From assembly GCA_964252075.1 (NCBI GenBank), contig CAXULY010000020.1, positions 26,776 through 90,775 on the forward strand: 64,000 bases of DNA, given 5' to 3'. Made by a program: the position numbers and the translations under genes. This document shows, one piece after another, positions 60,689-64,000 of the stretch (positions are counted from its first letter, which is position 1; every line of letters begins with the position of its first letter). Source of the stretch: an uncultured Deinococcaceae bacterium. GTDB taxonomy: Bacteria; Deinococcota; Deinococci; Deinococcales; Deinococcaceae. Below the pieces are notes generated by a model. The model ran no database searches. It had not been told where the DNA came from and worked only from the letters and a program-made list of their open reading frames with translations.

Positions 60689-61664
60689 ATGAACGCGAAA
60701 AACCTCGTCCGCATCGACCTTCGCCCAACGAATGCGCCCTCGCCGCGCACCCCGGTCGCCGCGCGGTGGTGCGCCTCCGCCGCCAGCTCGCCCAGATGGA
60801 CCTCCACACCCACGACCTGTGCGGTCAGGTCGCCATGCTCAAGGACACCGACACGCTCGCCGCCTTCCTGCTGGAGGTGGAGGCCAACCTGCGCCGCGCC
60901 CGGGTCGCCCAGCGTTTCGCCGCCTGCCCGCCAGCCTCGTCAGGACCGAGGTGCGGCTGCTGGTCTCCAACAACGTCCGACATGGCCCCATCAGGAAATC
61001 CCCATTCCCACACGCCGGCGCAACGCCGATGCGCACCGCCCCGACACCGCCCTGCAGGGCACGAACCGCGCCCGTGACGCCAGCGACCATGGCCTGCCTG
61101 CTGCCACGGCGACACCCGCACGGTGATCACCACGCAGCCCTCGCGCTCATCGTCAAGGCCTGGAAACGCGACGTCACCGACCACAGGACATACCTGAGCG
61201 ATCGCCTCGCACAGGGGCGCGCGGCGTGACGGGCGCCCACCTGCGCGCCCCCTGGCAGCTCCCGGAGGACCTCCGCGCGGTGAGCCGTGCGAACGGCTGG
61301 GGTGCGGACGACAACGAGCGCACGCGGCTCGGGTTTCTGTCATCGCCGCGCCCGTCCGGCCACGCACGCGGTGGCGCCTGCTCGCCCGCGTCTGGATTAC
61401 GGTGCGCAACACGGTCGGCGGCGTCGGCTTCGTGCTATTGCTGACCGGCGCGGACTGGCCCCTCATCCTGATCGGCGCGGCACTGCTGCCCGCTTTTACC
61501 GCGCGCTGGGGCTTCCTGGACCTGCACACCTGGACGTGGCTGTGATGGCCGCTGAGCACCTCCCCTCCCCGCGCGCCAAGGCGCTGCTACGACTTGAGGC
61601 GCACACGCGCGGCATGACCGAGTGCCTGCTCACCACGCCCCATCAGAACCGCTGGAGTGTGTAG
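60689..61664 (+). pseudogene. Decayed operon of 2-3 small hypothetical genes
   Basis: Protein-like segments switching frame repeatedly; GTGA/TGATG coupled junctions at 61226 and ~61545. Confidence 0.35.
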
Positions 61665-62215
61665 CGCAGGGCGCTGTTCGTGCGAGAGGACCACCACAAG
61701 CCCTCACCTGTTTCCTGTTGCTGGAGCACATTCCAGCCGTGCCTCAAGACAAGGGAGAAGTGGTTTCCCGCACAGCGGCCCATCACGGTAGTCGGACGGG
61801 TCACGTACCAATACAACACCTGGTGAACACCCGGGTGGACGGATGGCGTGATTAAAGTGCCGCCCCCGTGCGCGGCATCCAGATACAGCCGTGCGGAGAG
61901 AAACCGGGCACCTGAGTCGCTGATGCGAACGTGTCCGTCACATGACCACCGTGACATGGGGTACGTGGGCCAACCGGTCGGAACGGTATCTGACAGCGGG
62001 AGGGCGAACGCCCCATTCGCTTTGAGGGACGTCTGGGCGAGGATCTGGTAGTGGGCGCGTCGATCTGGCTGCGGATCCGAGCGCAGGCGACCCAGAATGA
62101 CCCGGTTCCCGGATGTCCCTTTCGGATCCACCAGTCCGTGGATCGCTGCGTTGGACTGCAGAGACGTGGTGGCGAAGGACGCAACGGACATAAGCGTGAG
62201 GACGTTGATCACCAT
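61643..62215 (-). CDS. Hypothetical secreted protein
   Basis: AGGAG RBS before ATG 62215; NGAFALPL, GRC..LVLRHGWN pattern. Confidence 0.65.
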   Translation of the reverse strand: MVINVLTLMSVASFATTSLQSNAAIHGLVDPKGTSGNRVILGRLRSDPQPDRRAHYQILAQTSLKANGAFALPLSDTVPTGWPTYPMSRWSCDGHVRISDSGARFLSARLYLDAAHGGGTLITPSVHPGVHQVLYWYVTRPTTVMGRCAGNHFSLVLRHGWNVLQQQETGEGLWWSSRTNSALRYTLQRF

Positions 62216-62580
62216 GGTGCTCCTGAGTGAGTGCGGGGCCGGCGTGGTGCGGTGAGGATTTAGGTGGACCTGACCTCTTTGATCGTGCGGCGGGCCTTTT
62301 CGGGTGAGGTCACGGCGCGTCGGTCTGGCGTTGAGCGTGCATCTCGCGCTGACCCTGGCGGTGCGGGCGCCCTGTGATGCCCTTATCGTTCCGGGTGACC
62401 GGTGGAGCTGCAGCGCCGAATGTGGCGGGAGCATGCGGGTCGGCCCGTTTGGCATGCCGCCCGACTGAAACCGGTGGAGGGCGTCTTGCGGGCCCACGGT
62501 AGCACGTCGGCGCCCCCAACCTCGCCTGCCTGAACGCGCCTGACGGCCCTGGCCCCCTCACTCTGGCACCACGAAGCCTC

Positions 62581-63714
62581 TTAAGGGACGAGCCCTGCGA
62601 AGAACGCGCGGACGTCCGCCGCCACCACCTCGGGCACCTCCCATTCCGGGAAATGCCCGCCGCGCTCCAGCACCGTCCAGCGGCGCACGTTGTACGTCCG
62701 TTCCGCCCACTCGCGCGGCGCTGGCACCGTCACCGCGTCGTGCAGCGGCATCATGATGGCGGTGGGCACCTCCACCCGCCCGGAAAGCCCAGGGTCGCGC
62801 GCCGCCTCCCGGTACAGCCGGATGGCCGTCGCGCCCGCCCCAGTGAACCAGTGCAGGGACAGGTGATCGAGCAGCGCGTCACGGCCGAAGTGAACGTCCA
62901 AGTCCTCGCCGCCGTCGCCCCAGCGCTGGAACTTCTCCAGGTACCAAGCCGCCAGGCCGGCGGGCGAATCTGCCAGGGCGGGCGCGAGCGTCTCCGGTCG
63001 CTGCGCCTGCAGCGCCGCATAGGCGGTTTCGCGCGGGGCCCACGCCTGCACTTCACGCTGGTACGCCACCTCGGCGGCGCTGAGGTCCGATGGCAGAGGG
63101 GTGGCGAAGGGCGTGATACCGGACCGGTGCACCCCCCACAGTCGCTGCGGGTGCTTCAGGGCGAGCTGTTGCTGCACCAACGCACCCTGATCGGAGCCGC
63201 GCGCGGCGAAGCGGTCGTACCCGAGTTCATCCACCATCAGGTGAGTCAGCAGGTCCGCGATGCGCGCGAAGTTCATGCCGGACCGTGTGGGCGCGGGCGA
63301 GAACGGGTAGCCTGGCAGGGACGCCGCGACCACATCGAAGGTGGGGCTGCCGTCCCCATGGTCCTCCGTGAGCAGCGGAATCACCTTGAGCATCTGCACG
63401 AAGCTGCTCGGCCAGCCGTGCAGCAGCAACAGCGGGACGCGCCGCTGGCCCTGACCGGGCGCGTGAATGAAATGCAGCTGCACTCCATCGATGTCCGCCA
63501 GTCGGTGAGGGAAGGTGTTCAGGTGGACCTCCCGGGCCCGCCAGTCGTACCGGGTCGCCCAGTCGGTCACGAGGTCGCGCAGGTAACGGCCGTCCGTGCC
63601 GTCCGCCCAGCCGTAGCCGTCCACCAGGGGCGCCCAGCGGGTGTTCGCCAGCCGCTGGCGCAGCGCCTGCACGTCCGCCTGGGGAATGTCAATGCGCATG
63701 GGTTTTACTGGCAC
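62581..63714 (-). CDS. Epoxide hydrolase (second, divergent copy)
   Basis: LRQRLANTRW, HGWPSS, SLPGYPFS, GSDQG, GGHFPEWE; AAGGAG RBS before GTG. Confidence 0.95.
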   Translation of the reverse strand: MPVKPMRIDIPQADVQALRQRLANTRWAPLVDGYGWADGTDGRYLRDLVTDWATRYDWRAREVHLNTFPHRLADIDGVQLHFIHAPGQGQRRVPLLLLHGWPSSFVQMLKVIPLLTEDHGDGSPTFDVVAASLPGYPFSPAPTRSGMNFARIADLLTHLMVDELGYDRFAARGSDQGALVQQQLALKHPQRLWGVHRSGITPFATPLPSDLSAAEVAYQREVQAWAPRETAYAALQAQRPETLAPALADSPAGLAAWYLEKFQRWGDGGEDLDVHFGRDALLDHLSLHWFTGAGATAIRLYREAARDPGLSGRVEVPTAIMMPLHDAVTVPAPREWAERTYNVRRWTVLERGGHFPEWEVPEVVAADVRAFFAGLVP

Positions 63715-63945
63715 GTGGAACTCCTTGGGTGAAAAGGCGTTGAGGCGACCACCACGGTGACAGAGTCTGGCGAGCACGGTGGCGCGTGCCGCGGGGGCCG
63801 AACGCGACTGGAGTGTAGGGGCTCTGCCCGCGCCGGTCTATCTCGCCTTTCTGCACGCGGCGTTCGAAGAATGCGAACGGTTAGGGCATGCGGGCCGCCA
63901 TACAGTCGGTCGGACCGACATCTCAACGTCCACCCATCGCGGCGC

Positions 63946-63968
63946 ACCATTCAAAAAAACTGAATGGT
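63946..63968. promoter_or_regulatory. Operator-like IR ACCATTCA-N7-TGAATGGT
   Basis: Perfect 8-bp arms in an AT-rich stretch upstream of the epoxide hydrolase. Confidence 0.5.
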
Positions 63969-64000
63969 ACATGCGAAAACTTGAGCTGGACCGCAGGGTT

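Overview
High-GC accessory region of a Deinococcus-like genome. The lineage is inferred from a Deinococcus-type RpoB fragment, leaderless-type promoters and an intergenic repeat. There is no rRNA, CRISPR array, transposase or integrase. The window is a patchwork of small regulator-plus-effector cassettes (ArsR/MFS, ArsR/SRPBCC, three TetR/oxidoreductase pairs, MerR-GyrI/DHFR-like, MarR/epoxide hydrolase, AraC). It also holds a phosphoester ABC-uptake operon, a Zn/Cd efflux cassette, a BTAD-STAND activator with an Ig-like lipoprotein, and a cluster of surface proteins (collagen-like, ZU5-like). Many decayed genes lie between these cassettes. Highlights not visible in the ORF track: (1) tRNA-like remnants at four loci, including a tightly spaced minus-strand array (Ser-like, Gln-CTG, Gln-TTG, Trp-CCA) that ends in a 12-bp minihelix with a 3'-ACCA; (2) a rifamycin-associated element (RAE)-like palindrome with symmetric back-to-back promoter hexamers upstream of a Rox-like FAD monooxygenase; (3) an orphan, near-pristine C-terminal rpoB fragment; (4) a sensor kinase broken by three in-frame TAG codons; (5) SARP-type direct-repeat promoters upstream of lipoprotein genes. 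All calls are by eye; no database search was run.
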